This document shows, piece after piece, positions 1-9,841 of a DNA stretch of 64,000 bases (positions are counted from its first letter, which is position 1; each line of letters starts with the position of its first letter). The notes below the pieces were generated by a model. The model ran no database searches and was not told the origin of the DNA. It was given only the letters and a program-made list of their open reading frames with translations. The stretch is from Dehalococcoidia bacterium (GTDB taxonomy: Bacteria; Chloroflexota; Dehalococcoidia; GIF9; UBA5629), in NCBI GenBank assembly GCA_034429715.1, contig DAOUFR010000011.1, positions 1,601 to 65,600 of the forward strand, read 5' to 3'. A program made the position numbers and the translations under genes.

Positions 1-2
1 GT

Positions 3-719
3 TCCAGCGACGTGACCATCGTCTACCGCCGCACCAGGGCCGAGATGCCCGCTGCGCCGGAAGAAGTCGAGGCCTGCATCCACGAAGGCATCAAGATCGT
101 ATTTTTAGCCGCCCCCAACAAGATAACGCAGAAGGGCGATAAACTGGCCATGGAGTGCATCAAGATGCGGCTGGGCGACCCGGACGCCAGCGGACGCAGG
201 AGCCCGGTGCGCATACCGGGCAGCGAGTATGTGGAGGAGTACGACAACGTTATTGCCGGCATCGGACAGGCTTCCGATATTCCCGCCAAATTCGATGTGG
301 CCGTAAACCGCGGCAACATCAAGGCCGACGATAAGACGCTCGAAACCAGCCGCAAGGGCGTATTCGCCGGAGGCGATATCAAGACTGGACCCGCCTCGGT
401 GATAGGCGCCATTGCCCAGGGCAGAATGGCCGCGTCTTCTATCGATAAATATCTGGGCGGTAAAGGACAGATCGAGGAACAGCTGGCGCCCGTAGAGGAG
501 ATGGAGCCCTGGTTCGGCGAGGAGCCGGGCTTCGCTGCCAAAAAGCAACCCGCCATGCCAGAACTGGAGAAAGCAAAGAGCCTGGGCGGCTTCGCCGAGG
601 TTGAACTGGGATACAGCGAACAGGCGGCCGTGGACGAGGCTAAGAGATGCTACAAGTGCCATTACAGGCTGAAGCTCTCGCATCCGCCGGCGCCGCCGAT
701 AACGGTAAAATCTGCCTGA
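3..719 (+). CDS. FAD-dependent oxidoreductase, GltD/NfnB-like, C-terminal part (5' end outside window)
   Basis: Frame is open from the window edge. VTIVYRRTRAEMPA, GVFAGGDIKTGPASVIGAI and the C-terminal EAKRCYKC Fe-S motif are typical of GltD-like subunits. Confidence 0.85.
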   Translation, partial: SSDVTIVYRRTRAEMPAAPEEVEACIHEGIKIVFLAAPNKITQKGDKLAMECIKMRLGDPDASGRRSPVRIPGSEYVEEYDNVIAGIGQASDIPAKFDVAVNRGNIKADDKTLETSRKGVFAGGDIKTGPASVIGAIAQGRMAASSIDKYLGGKGQIEEQLAPVEEMEPWFGEEPGFAAKKQPAMPELEKAKSLGGFAEVELGYSEQAAVDEAKRCYKCHYRLKLSHPPAPPITVKSA

Positions 720-731
720 GGGGAGGTGTGC

Positions 732-1568
732 ATGTTCAAAATCACAGCCAGCGAGAAGCTGACGCCGGTGATCGATCTTTTCAAGATCGAGGCCCCGGCC
801 ATCGCCAGGAAAGCTAAGGCCGGCCAATTCGTAATCATACGTGTTGACGAGGCGGGCGAGCGTATACCGCTTACGCTGGCCGACTGGGACGCCAAAGAAG
901 GCACGGTCACTCTGGTGGCCATGGAGGTGGGCACCTCTACCAGGAAACTGGGACAAATGAAGGCCGGGGACAGCCTGCATAACCTGGTAGGTCCGCTGGG
1001 CCTGCCCTCAGACATTGAGAAATTCGGCACCGTTATCTGCGTGGGAGGCGGTGTGGGTATCGCGCCCATCTACCCCATTGCAAGATCGTTAAAAGAAGCA
1101 GGCAACAAGATCATCTCCATCATCGGAGCGCGCAACAAGGACCTGCTCTTCTGGGAAGACCGTATGAAGACCGTCAGCGACGAGCTGATCGTCACGACCG
1201 ATGACGGATCCTACGCGCGCAAAGGGCTGGTCACCGAGCCTCTCAAGGAGAAATTGGAGCAGGGCAAGATCGACCGGGTGATCGCCATCGGCCCGGCGAT
1301 CATGATGAAATTCTGCGCGCAAACCACCAAACCTTTCAACGTGCCGACCATCGTAAGCCTGAATTCGATCATGGTCGACGGGACCGGCATGTGCGGCTGC
1401 TGCCGCGTATCAATAGGAGGGGCCACCAAATTCGCCTGTGTGGACGGCCCCGATTTCGACGGGCACCAGGTGGACTGGAACACCGTGTTCGACAGGCAGA
1501 AGGTCTATCTCAAAGAAGAAAAAGAATCCCTGGATAAATGGGAATCCTGCCGGTGCGGCAAATCTTAA
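732..1568 (+). CDS. nfnA: Electron-bifurcating transhydrogenase small subunit NfnA (SudB-like)
   Basis: GQFVIIR..ERIPLT, GGGVGIAP, MVDGTGMCGCCRV..FACVDGP [2Fe-2S] motif. GGAGG RBS before ATG 732. Confidence 0.88.
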   Translation: MFKITASEKLTPVIDLFKIEAPAIARKAKAGQFVIIRVDEAGERIPLTLADWDAKEGTVTLVAMEVGTSTRKLGQMKAGDSLHNLVGPLGLPSDIEKFGTVICVGGGVGIAPIYPIARSLKEAGNKIISIIGARNKDLLFWEDRMKTVSDELIVTTDDGSYARKGLVTEPLKEKLEQGKIDRVIAIGPAIMMKFCAQTTKPFNVPTIVSLNSIMVDGTGMCGCCRVSIGGATKFACVDGPDFDGHQVDWNTVFDRQKVYLKEEKESLDKWESCRCGKS

Positions 1569-1580
1569 GGGAGGCGGAAG

Positions 1581-2999
1581 TTGGAAGAAAAACCTAAATC
1601 AAAAATCAACCTCAACCGCATAGACATGCCGCGCCAGGACCCTAAAGTGCGCGCGCATAATTATAACGAAGTGGCCCTGGGCTACACCGATGAAATGGCC
1701 GTGCAGGAGGCCTCACGCTGCATCCAGTGCCCCAAACGCCCGTGCGTGGCCGGCTGTCCTGTAAATGTGGACATACCCGAGTTTATCAAGGCCGTCCGGG
1801 ACAACCAGATGGAGGAATCGGTCAAAATCCTTAAGGGCAAGAACGCCCTGCCCGCCATCTGCGGACGTGTCTGCCCGCAGGAGACGCAGTGCGAGCAGGT
1901 GTGCTCGCTGGGCAAGAAGGGGGCCCCGATAGCCATCGGCAGGCTGGAAAGGTATGTCGCCGATTGGGACCTTGCGCACAAAAAAGAAACAAAGGTTGAA
2001 TTGCCCCCGCCCACGGGTAAAAGGGTGGCGGTCATAGGATCCGGACCCGCAGGTCTGACCTGCGCAGCCGACCTGGCCAGGATGGGCCACAAAGTCACAG
2101 TCTACGAAGCCCTGCACACGGCAGGCGGCGTGCTGATGTACGGTATCCCCGAGTTCAGACTGCCCAAAAAAGTAGTTCAGTCTGAAGTTGATTATGTAAA
2201 ATCGTTGGGAGTGGATGTGCAGCTCGACTCTGTGATGGGAAAACTGGCCACGGTGGACGAGCTGCTGGAGAAGGACTACGACGCCGTTTTCCTGGGCACG
2301 GGTGCCGGCCTCCCCATGTTCCTGGGCATACCCGGCGAGAACCTCAACGGCGTGTACTCGGCCAACGAGTTCCTGACGCGGGTCAACCTGATGAAGGCCT
2401 ACTTGTTCCCCGAGTACGATACGCCCATCAAGGTGGGAAAACAGGTGGCGGTGATCGGCGGCGGCAATGTCGCCATGGACTCGGCCCGCTGCGCCCTCAG
2501 GCTGGGCGCAGACAAGGTCTATATTGTCTACCGCCGCTCTCGCACCGAGTTGCCGGCACGCCATGAAGAGGTCGAGAACGCCGAGGAGGAAGGCATTGTA
2601 TTCAAGTTCCTCACCAATCCCAAGCAGATTATCGGCGACGACAAGGGATGGGTCAAGGCCATGGAGTGCTATGAGATGGAGCTGGGAGAGCCCGACGCCA
2701 GCGGACGCAGGCGCCCCATCACTAAACAGGGCAGCGAGTTCATCATCGATGTCGATGTGGTCGTGGTCGCGCTGGGTACCACGCCCAATCCCCTCATCCC
2801 ATCCACAACCAAAGGCCTTGAGGTTACCAAACACGGCACGGTGGTCGTCGCGGACGAGCAGTCCGGCAAGACCGTCAAGGACCGTGTCTGGGCGGGCGGA
2901 GATGTGGTCACCGGCGCTGCCACGGTGATCAGCGCCATGGGCGCAGGCAAACGTGCCGCCGCCTCCATACACGAGTTCCTGATGGGACAGAAGGCGTAA
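1581..2999 (+). CDS. nfnB: NfnB large subunit (NADPH-dependent GltA/SudA-like oxidoreductase)
   Basis: EASRCIQCPKRPCVAGCP, CGRVCPQETQCE, two GxGxxG motifs; directly follows nfnA; TTG start after GGAGG. Confidence 0.88.
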   Translation: MEEKPKSKINLNRIDMPRQDPKVRAHNYNEVALGYTDEMAVQEASRCIQCPKRPCVAGCPVNVDIPEFIKAVRDNQMEESVKILKGKNALPAICGRVCPQETQCEQVCSLGKKGAPIAIGRLERYVADWDLAHKKETKVELPPPTGKRVAVIGSGPAGLTCAADLARMGHKVTVYEALHTAGGVLMYGIPEFRLPKKVVQSEVDYVKSLGVDVQLDSVMGKLATVDELLEKDYDAVFLGTGAGLPMFLGIPGENLNGVYSANEFLTRVNLMKAYLFPEYDTPIKVGKQVAVIGGGNVAMDSARCALRLGADKVYIVYRRSRTELPARHEEVENAEEEGIVFKFLTNPKQIIGDDKGWVKAMECYEMELGEPDASGRRRPITKQGSEFIIDVDVVVVALGTTPNPLIPSTTKGLEVTKHGTVVVADEQSGKTVKDRVWAGGDVVTGAATVISAMGAGKRAAASIHEFLMGQKA

Positions 3000-3008
3000 C
3001 CGGTCATA

Positions 3009-3038
3009 TTGACAGGCAAGACGAATTTCGTTTATTAT
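3009..3038 (+). promoter_or_regulatory. sigma70-type promoter of the T-box/trpB2 leader
   Basis: TTGACA (3009-3014), 18-nt spacer, TATTAT (3033-3038), about 20 nt before T-box stem I. Confidence 0.65.
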
Positions 3039-3057
3039 GGTAACAATTGAATATGAA

Positions 3058-3335
3058 AAGGCTGTGAACGGGAATAGTAGGTCCTGCAGCAAAGGCCACA
3101 GAGAGTCAAGCAAGGTGAGAGTTGACGCCGGAGCAGGGATCGAATGGGCCCGGGAGCCGCAAACCGAAAGGGAAGTACCTGAGTAGGCTTTGACGCAGGG
3201 ATAGCGTAATCACAATCCAGGGTATCGCCGGCAACACGGCCGTACCTGACAGAGATGGTCCGGCAACGGACCAATAAGGGTGGCACCGCGAAGCTAAGCC
3301 TCTCGCCCCTTGGGTGAGAGGCTTTATTTATTGTA
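3058..3335 (+). ncRNA. T-box riboswitch, Trp specifier, with intrinsic terminator
   Basis: AGTA motif, apical AGAGA/GGTGAGA boxes, specifier GAA-TGG-G (TGG 3145-3147), stem III TGGTCCG-gcaa-CGGACCA, T-box AAGGGTGGCACCGCG (3276-3290), terminator AAGCCTCTC..GAGAGGCTT followed by a T-run. Confidence 0.92.
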
Positions 3336-3432
3336 TGGAGGTCTAAAGGAATGAAATTGAATATGTGGCCCGGCGGGGCCGAATAGTATCAGTCAACAAA
3401 CAGTGACGATTATCTAATTAAAATAAGGAGAA

Positions 3433-4803
3433 ATGAAAGTGAAAAACGATACCAAGATTTTCTTAAAAGAAAAAGAGATGCCGACCAAGTGGTATAACAT
3501 TCAGGCCGATCTGCCCACGCCCCTGCCTCCCATACTGCACCCCGGGACGCACGAGCCGACCATTCTACCCCCGCCCCTCTTCCCTTCAACCCTGAACGAC
3601 CAGGAGTTCAGCAAAGAGCGCTTCATTGAGATACCCGACGAGGTACTGGACGTATATAAAATGTTCAGGCCTACACCGCTGATCAGGGCCCACCGCCTGG
3701 AAAAGGCGCTTGGCACCCCTGCCAAGATTTATTATAAATACGAAGGCGTGAGCCCGGCAGGCAGCCATAAGCTCAATACCGCCATCGCGCAGGCCTACTA
3801 CAACAAGAAGGCCGGCATCAAGCGTCTGGCTACCGAGACCGGCGCAGGGCAATGGGGAAGCGCCCTATCCCTGGCCTGCCAATATATGGGCCTTGAGTGC
3901 AAGGTCTACATGGTCAAGGTCAGCTATAATCAGAAGCCCTATCGCCGTATCATGATGGAGACCTGGGGAGCCACCGTTATACCCAGCCCCAGCACCGAGA
4001 CAAATTTCGGCAAGCAGATACTGGCTGAAGACCCCAACTGCCCCGGCAGCCTGGGAATCGCCATCAGCGAAGCCTGCGAAGATGCCTTCAGCCGCGATGA
4101 CACGTCATACTCACTCGGTAGCGTGCTCAACCATGTGATCCTGCACCAATCCATCATCGGCCTGGAGACACAGCTGCAGCTGGAAAAAGCCGATGCCGAG
4201 GCCGATATGGTTATCGCCTGTGTGGGCGGAGGCAGCAACTTCGGTGGCATGGCCGTCCCCTTCATCGCAGACAAGATTAAGAAAGGCAAGAAAACACAGA
4301 TCATCGCCGTCGAGCCCAGCGCCTGCCCCAGCATGACCAAGGGCCCTTACACCTGGGACCTGGGTGATGTAGCCGGCATGGCCCCCATTTGCAAGATGTT
4401 CACTCTCGGCCACACCTTCATACCCTCACCCATCCATGCAGGCGGCCTGCGCTACCACGGTATGTCACCGCTGGTTTCACACATGCAGAAACTCGGCCTC
4501 CTGGAAGCCAGGGCAGTCGATCAGAAGTCCACTTTTGAGAGCGCCATCCAGTTCGCCCGCACAGAGGGCATCATCCCGGCCCCCGAACCATCCCATGCCA
4601 TCAAAGTACTCATCGACGAGGCCCTCAAGTGCAAGAAGTCCGGCGAGAAGAAGACCATCGTGATGTGCCTTAGCGGACACGGCCATTTCGACCTGAGCGC
4701 CTACGAGCAGTTCCTCTCCGGTAAACTCGAAGCCGACGCTTATGACGAAGCCAAGGTAAAACAGGCACTGTCGCAGCTTCCCAAGGTCGATTTCAAGGGC
4801 TAA
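3433..4803 (+). CDS. trpB: Tryptophan synthase beta chain, TrpB2 type (PLP-dependent)
   Basis: [17 protein letters not shown] (PLP Lys), [28 protein letters not shown]; TAAGGAG RBS. Confidence 0.92.
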   Translation: MKVKNDTKIFLKEKEMPTKWYNIQADLPTPLPPILHPGTHEPTILPPPLFPSTLNDQEFSKERFIEIPDEVLDVYKMFRPTPLIRAHRLEKALGTPAKIYYKYEGVSPAGSHKLNTAIAQAYYNKKAGIKRLATETGAGQWGSALSLACQYMGLECKVYMVKVSYNQKPYRRIMMETWGATVIPSPSTETNFGKQILAEDPNCPGSLGIAISEACEDAFSRDDTSYSLGSVLNHVILHQSIIGLETQLQLEKADAEADMVIACVGGGSNFGGMAVPFIADKIKKGKKTQIIAVEPSACPSMTKGPYTWDLGDVAGMAPICKMFTLGHTFIPSPIHAGGLRYHGMSPLVSHMQKLGLLEARAVDQKSTFESAIQFARTEGIIPAPEPSHAIKVLIDEALKCKKSGEKKTIVMCLSGHGHFDLSAYEQFLSGKLEADAYDEAKVKQALSQLPKVDFKG

Positions 4804-4817
4804 TAATTACATTACTA

Positions 4818-4871
4818 CAGGCCGGCATACGTGACTGATCAGTAAGAAATCAGTTCGCGTATGCCGGCCTG
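4818..4871. repeat. Long inverted repeat / hairpin downstream of trpB2
   Basis: CAGGCCGGCATACG (4818-4831) and CGTATGCCGGCCTG (4858-4871) are perfect 14-bp arms, with an inner ACTGAT/ATCAGT pair. Confidence 0.75.
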
Positions 4872-4955
4872 AAATAGCTATCCAGGCGTTTGGCCGGCCT
4901 GATACCTTTATGCTAAAATCCCAGCACTATTCCGATCAGATAGAGGTAACCGAAT

Positions 4956-6077
4956 ATGAGAATCCCCGCCGTAACGGCTTTTCTGCTTGCAGCCATACTG
5001 CTCTTCAGTGCCTGCCGCATCGAGTTCTCCACAACTCCCATATCGGCGCCGGCGCCTGCGATGGCGCCCGCCATCCAGCAAATAACTCCGGTCGATCCGG
5101 GCTGGAAATCGCCGGGGCCGGTGGAAAATACGGCGGCCCTCCCCAACATAGCAGACGTGGTTGAAAAGGGCTACCCCGGGGTGGTCACCATCACGACCGA
5201 ACAGATCGTCAACGATATGTTCAGCAGGGTCGTGCTGCAATCAGGCGCCGGTTCGGGCTGGATACTCGACAGCAGCGGCATCATCGTCACCAACAACCAC
5301 GTCGTGGAAGGCGCCCGCAAGGTCGTCGTCCAATTCTCGGACGGCCGGACCAGCGAGGTGACCGCCGACAGGGTTTTCCGCGATCCTCTGACCGACCTGG
5401 CCATCATCAAGGTCGACCTGAGCGACCTTCCAACCGTTGCTATCGGCGATTCCGGCAAGCTCAGGGTGGGCGACTGGGTGGTGGCCATAGGCAATCCACT
5501 GGGCAAGGGCATCAAGGCCAAGGAGGGCATAGTCAGCGGCCTCAAGGTCTCGCTCTCCCTGGACGAGGACGAATCGCTCTATGACCTGATCGAGACGTCG
5601 GCGGCCATCAACGAAGGCAACAGCGGCGGTCCTCTACTTAACATGAAGGGCGAGGTCATCGGTATCACCAGCGCCAAGATCGCCAAGATAGGCGTGGAGG
5701 GCATGGGCTACGCCATAAGCATCAATTCCTCTTTGCCCATCCTTCAGGAGCTGGTCAACAAAGGCTATATTACGCGGCCCTTCCTGGGTGTGGAGCTCTA
5801 CACTGTAAACGACTACGTCGCATACTACAACGGGCTGGCGGTCAAACGCGGAGCCATCATCACCACGGTGCAGCCCGGCAGCCCGGCGGCCAGGGCCGGT
5901 ATGCGCAGATTGGATGTAATCATCCGCTACCAGGGCAAGGAGATCACCACCGCGCCGGAGCTTCTGCGCGAATTGCGCAGCTCCAAAATAGGCGATGAGA
6001 TATCGGTTACCTATGTCCGTGGAAAGAATACTTACACTGTCACCGCACTGCTCACCGACAGTCCCCCTCCCCGATAG
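4956..6077 (+). CDS. htrA: HtrA/DegP-family serine protease with one PDZ domain, probable lipoprotein
   Basis: Catalytic triad motifs TNNHV, DLAII, GNSGGPL; C-terminal PDZ; lipobox-like FSAC. Confidence 0.9.
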   Translation: MRIPAVTAFLLAAILLFSACRIEFSTTPISAPAPAMAPAIQQITPVDPGWKSPGPVENTAALPNIADVVEKGYPGVVTITTEQIVNDMFSRVVLQSGAGSGWILDSSGIIVTNNHVVEGARKVVVQFSDGRTSEVTADRVFRDPLTDLAIIKVDLSDLPTVAIGDSGKLRVGDWVVAIGNPLGKGIKAKEGIVSGLKVSLSLDEDESLYDLIETSAAINEGNSGGPLLNMKGEVIGITSAKIAKIGVEGMGYAISINSSLPILQELVNKGYITRPFLGVELYTVNDYVAYYNGLAVKRGAIITTVQPGSPAARAGMRRLDVIIRYQGKEITTAPELLRELRSSKIGDEISVTYVRGKNTYTVTALLTDSPPPR

Positions 6078-6110
6078 CGGTCTGATTTTTCGATTCGCTC
6101 GCAGCGCCGG

Positions 6111-9100
6111 CTAATCTTGTTTCTTGATGGACAGGGTGATCTCGAGCCCAGATAATTTGAACTTCTCGCTGTGCGCCGGCGGCTCGGCTGCCTTTTGAAG
6201 AATCTCCGTGGACAGCGTCTCCTGCCTGATATAATCGGCGAAATCCTTCATCACGGCCTGCACCTGCTCTCCGCCCTCGTAGTAGGTCCGGATATGGTCT
6301 GCGATCTCGAGGCCGGCGGACCTGCGCATCGTCTGCAGCCTTCTGACTATCTCCCTGGCAAGGCCCTCAGCCTGCAGCTCCGGGCTGATCTCCGTCACGA
6401 CGCCGACCTGGTAGTCGCCCTCAGCTATCACAGACAGGTTCTTGTCCTCTTTCATCTCTTCCTCTGTGAATCCCATGTCCTTGACGTTTAACTCGTCCGT
6501 GATCTGAGTGCATAGTTTCTGCAGCGCCTCCCTCTCATGAGACGACCTGGCCTTCACGATTACCTTCGGCAGGGGCTGTCTGACCTTGACAGCGCTCCTG
6601 GAGCGCGCCGCCCTTCCCATGCTGCAAACCTTCATAGCCAGCTCGGTGCCGGCGATTATATCCGTATCGATCAATTTCTCGTCCGCCACGGGGAACAGCG
6701 CCAGATGAACGCTCTCCGGCGCATCCTTATCAACCGTCCTGACCAGATTCTGATAGATCTCCTCCGCGACGAAGGGCGTGAAGGGCGCAAGCAGCTTGGC
6801 CAGCGTTACCAGCGCCTGGTAGAGCGTATGGTAGGCCGACAGCTTATCGTCGTCGTTCTGGCTCTTCCAGAAACGCCGCCGGCTGCGCCTGACGTACCAG
6901 TTCGACAGGTCGTTTACAAAGGACTCGATCTTCCGGCCGGCCCCGGTGGGATCATATTCGCCCAGCAGCCTATCTACATCGATTATCAGCTGGTTCAAGC
7001 TCGATATCAGCCACCTGTCCAGCTCCGACGTGATTTTGGGCGCTTTCTTTGCGGGAACGAAATTGTCGATGTTGGCGTAGATAACGAAGAACGAGTAGGT
7101 GTTCCATAGAGTCATGAGAAAGTTGCGCATGACCTCGACCACCATGTCGGGAGACATGCGCCTGACGTTGCCGGGAGGGCCGGAGGTAAACATATACCAG
7201 CGCAGCGCATCCGCGCCTGAGGAATCGAGAACGGTCCAGGGGTCCACCACGTTTCCCCTGGTCTTGCTCATCTTCTCCCCCTGCGCGTCCAGTATATGGC
7301 CCAGGCAGATGACGTTTTTAAAGCAGGGCTGGTCGAATATCAGTGTGGAAAGGGCGTGCAGGCTGTAGAACCATCCTCTCGTCTGGTCCACGGCCTCAGA
7401 TATGTAATCGGCAGGGAAGCTCTGCTTGAAGAGCTCGACATTCTCAAAGGGATAGTGCCACTGGGCAAAAGGCATGGCGCCCGAATCGAACCAGCAGTCG
7501 ATGACCTCGGGCTGCCTGACCATGGTATCGCCGCAGGCGGCGCAGGTGTAGGTGACGTCATCGATATACGGCCGGTGCAGGTCCATGCCGTCCGAGTAAC
7601 CCTGTAATCCGGATTTACTCTTGATCTCCTCCACTCCACCCGGGCATTCGTAACGCCCGCACTTGCGGCACACCCATATATTGAGGGGCGTACCCCAGTA
7701 TCTTTCACGTGAAAAGGCCCAGTCCACATTGTTGTTTAGCCAGTCGCCGAAGCGGCCCTCTTTGATGTGCTCGGGATACCAGTTTATCTGCCTGTTCCCG
7801 GCAATCATCTCGTCCTTTCTGGCGGAAGTCCTGATGTACCAGGTCTTCTTGGCGTAATAGACCAGGGGCGCGTCGCAGCGCCAGCAGAACGGATATGTAT
7901 GCGTGATTTTGACGGTCTTGTAGAGAAGGCCGCGCTTTTCGAGATCGGCCAGTATATCGGCATCGGCGTCTTTAACGAATTTTCCCGAAAATGAGTATGT
8001 GCCGGTGATATTGCCGGCCAGGTCCACCTGCTGTACGAAATCGAGATTGTTATCCAATCCGGCCTGGAAATCCACCTCGCCGAAAGCCGGCGCGATATGT
8101 ACTATGCCCGTGCCGTCCTCCATCGAGACGAAATCGGCGGTAATAATCTTATAGGTGAGGTCTTTAACCGGCTTCTGCACATCGAACTGCCCCGGCTGGC
8201 CTTCCTTTGCGCGCTTCCTTTCGACGCCATATTCGTGAGGGTTATACAGAGGGTAATAGAGCGAGCCTGCCAGCCGGCCTCCCTTGAACGTCTTGAGCAC
8301 GGGCAGGCCGCCCAGTCCGGCCTGATCAAGCAGGGCCTGCGCAAAGATCAGATACTCGTCATCCAGTGCGATAACGGCATAATCGGCATCCTCCGCCAGG
8401 GCCAGCGACGTATTGCCGGGAAGCGTCCAGGGGGTGGTCGTCCACGCCAGGAAGTAGACCTTACCCTTCGATACCGCATCCGCCAGCGTGAGACCGCCGG
8501 ATTTATCGGAAGCCACGGACGGCGGCAGTGTATGTATCCTGAACTTCACATACACGGACGGGTCGACCGTGTCATCCTTGTATCCGAGGGCCACCTCGTG
8601 TGAACTGAGTGAAGTACCGCAGCGCGGGCAGTGGGGTGTTACCTTGTAACCCTGATAGATCAGGTCCTTGTTCCAGAGCTGGTTGATACCCCACCAGCAT
8701 GATTCGATGTATGAATTGTCCAGCGTCACATAGGGATGGTCGATATCCAGCCAGAAACCGATCCTCTCGGTAAGGGAATCCCATTGTTTGAGATACTTGA
8801 ATACACTTTCTCGGCAGAGCGCGTTGAATTTGGCTACGCCGTATTCCTCGATCTGCGCCTTGCCTGTGAAACCGAGCTGTTTCTCGACCTCGAGCTCGAC
8901 CGGCAGGCCGTGCGTATCCCAGCCGGCCTTCCTGGGCACGCAGAACCCCTTCATGGTCTTATAGCGGGGTATCACATCTTTGAAGACGCGTGACAGGACA
9001 TGGTGGATGCCGGGATTGCCGTTGGCGGTGGGAGGACCTTCGTAAAAAATATATCTGGGTGAAGAAGATCTGGCGTCTATGCTCTGCTCGAAGATTTTCC

Positions 9101-9173
9101 TGTCGCGCCACAGTTCCAGAATTCTCCTCTCCAAATCAGGGAAGCTGACCTTGCTGTTAACGGGCTGGAACAT
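6111..9173 (-). CDS. ileS: Isoleucine--tRNA ligase, type 2 (IleRS2)
   Basis: EGPPTANGNPGIHH, WTTTPWTLPGN, DWAFSRERYWG, KMSKT; long IleRS2-type C-terminus without the IleRS1 zinc finger. Confidence 0.96.
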   Translation of the reverse strand: MFQPVNSKVSFPDLERRILELWRDRKIFEQSIDARSSSPRYIFYEGPPTANGNPGIHHVLSRVFKDVIPRYKTMKGFCVPRKAGWDTHGLPVELEVEKQLGFTGKAQIEEYGVAKFNALCRESVFKYLKQWDSLTERIGFWLDIDHPYVTLDNSYIESCWWGINQLWNKDLIYQGYKVTPHCPRCGTSLSSHEVALGYKDDTVDPSVYVKFRIHTLPPSVASDKSGGLTLADAVSKGKVYFLAWTTTPWTLPGNTSLALAEDADYAVIALDDEYLIFAQALLDQAGLGGLPVLKTFKGGRLAGSLYYPLYNPHEYGVERKRAKEGQPGQFDVQKPVKDLTYKIITADFVSMEDGTGIVHIAPAFGEVDFQAGLDNNLDFVQQVDLAGNITGTYSFSGKFVKDADADILADLEKRGLLYKTVKITHTYPFCWRCDAPLVYYAKKTWYIRTSARKDEMIAGNRQINWYPEHIKEGRFGDWLNNNVDWAFSRERYWGTPLNIWVCRKCGRYECPGGVEEIKSKSGLQGYSDGMDLHRPYIDDVTYTCAACGDTMVRQPEVIDCWFDSGAMPFAQWHYPFENVELFKQSFPADYISEAVDQTRGWFYSLHALSTLIFDQPCFKNVICLGHILDAQGEKMSKTRGNVVDPWTVLDSSGADALRWYMFTSGPPGNVRRMSPDMVVEVMRNFLMTLWNTYSFFVIYANIDNFVPAKKAPKITSELDRWLISSLNQLIIDVDRLLGEYDPTGAGRKIESFVNDLSNWYVRRSRRRFWKSQNDDDKLSAYHTLYQALVTLAKLLAPFTPFVAEEIYQNLVRTVDKDAPESVHLALFPVADEKLIDTDIIAGTELAMKVCSMGRAARSRSAVKVRQPLPKVIVKARSSHEREALQKLCTQITDELNVKDMGFTEEEMKEDKNLSVIAEGDYQVGVVTEISPELQAEGLAREIVRRLQTMRRSAGLEIADHIRTYYEGGEQVQAVMKDFADYIRQETLSTEILQKAAEPPAHSEKFKLSGLEITLSIKKQD

Positions 9174-9176
9174 GGA

Positions 9177-9839
9177 CTATTTTTTCCTTGATTGTATTAC
9201 CACACGGCGCCCGTCCCCTTCTCCAGTGCTCTGGGTCATAACGTCAGGATTATCGGCCAGCGTTATATGCACAATCCTTCTCTCATCGGGAGGCATCGGC
9301 TCCATGGTAATGGGACGCCTTCTCCTCGCAACCTGCTCGGACAGACGAAGGGCAAGCTTCTTGAGAGACTCATAGTGGCGTTTTTTATACCAGTCCACGT
9401 CGACATTGACGGAGACCCATTTTTTCAGTTTTTCGGCTACGATCAGCCTGACCAGGTATTGCAGAGACGACAGGGCCTGCCCGCGCCTGCCGATGAGCAC
9501 CCCCAGGTCGTCCCCCTCGATATTCAGCGTGATGGGAACTCCATCGTCACCCGACCCGGTTACATCCACCGTGGCTTGAATGCCCATGTTGTGCAGGACA
9601 TCGCACAACACCTGCCGGGCTGTATCGGCCGCATCACTGGTTGCACCCGGTTGCCTTTCATCGTCATCTTCGAGCAGTACCACCTTGATGCGGGCATCCT
9701 CGGCGCCGACTCCCAGCACGCCCGATTTACCTTTCTTGACCACGATAATGTCAACCTCTTCGCGGGCGACACCGAGCTGCAAAAGGGCAATCCTGGTAGC
9801 CTCCTCCACCGTCTTGGCGCTCAGTTCTAATTCTCTCAC
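9177..9839 (-). CDS. jag: Jag/EloR (KhpB) RNA-binding protein
   Basis: Jag-N (SAKTVEEA), KH domain (LIGRRG), R3H domain (ERRIVH). Confidence 0.93.
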   Translation of the reverse strand: MRELELSAKTVEEATRIALLQLGVAREEVDIIVVKKGKSGVLGVGAEDARIKVVLLEDDDERQPGATSDAADTARQVLCDVLHNMGIQATVDVTGSGDDGVPITLNIEGDDLGVLIGRRGQALSSLQYLVRLIVAEKLKKWVSVNVDVDWYKKRHYESLKKLALRLSEQVARRRRPITMEPMPPDERRIVHITLADNPDVMTQSTGEGDGRRVVIQSRKK

Positions 9840-9841
9840 TT

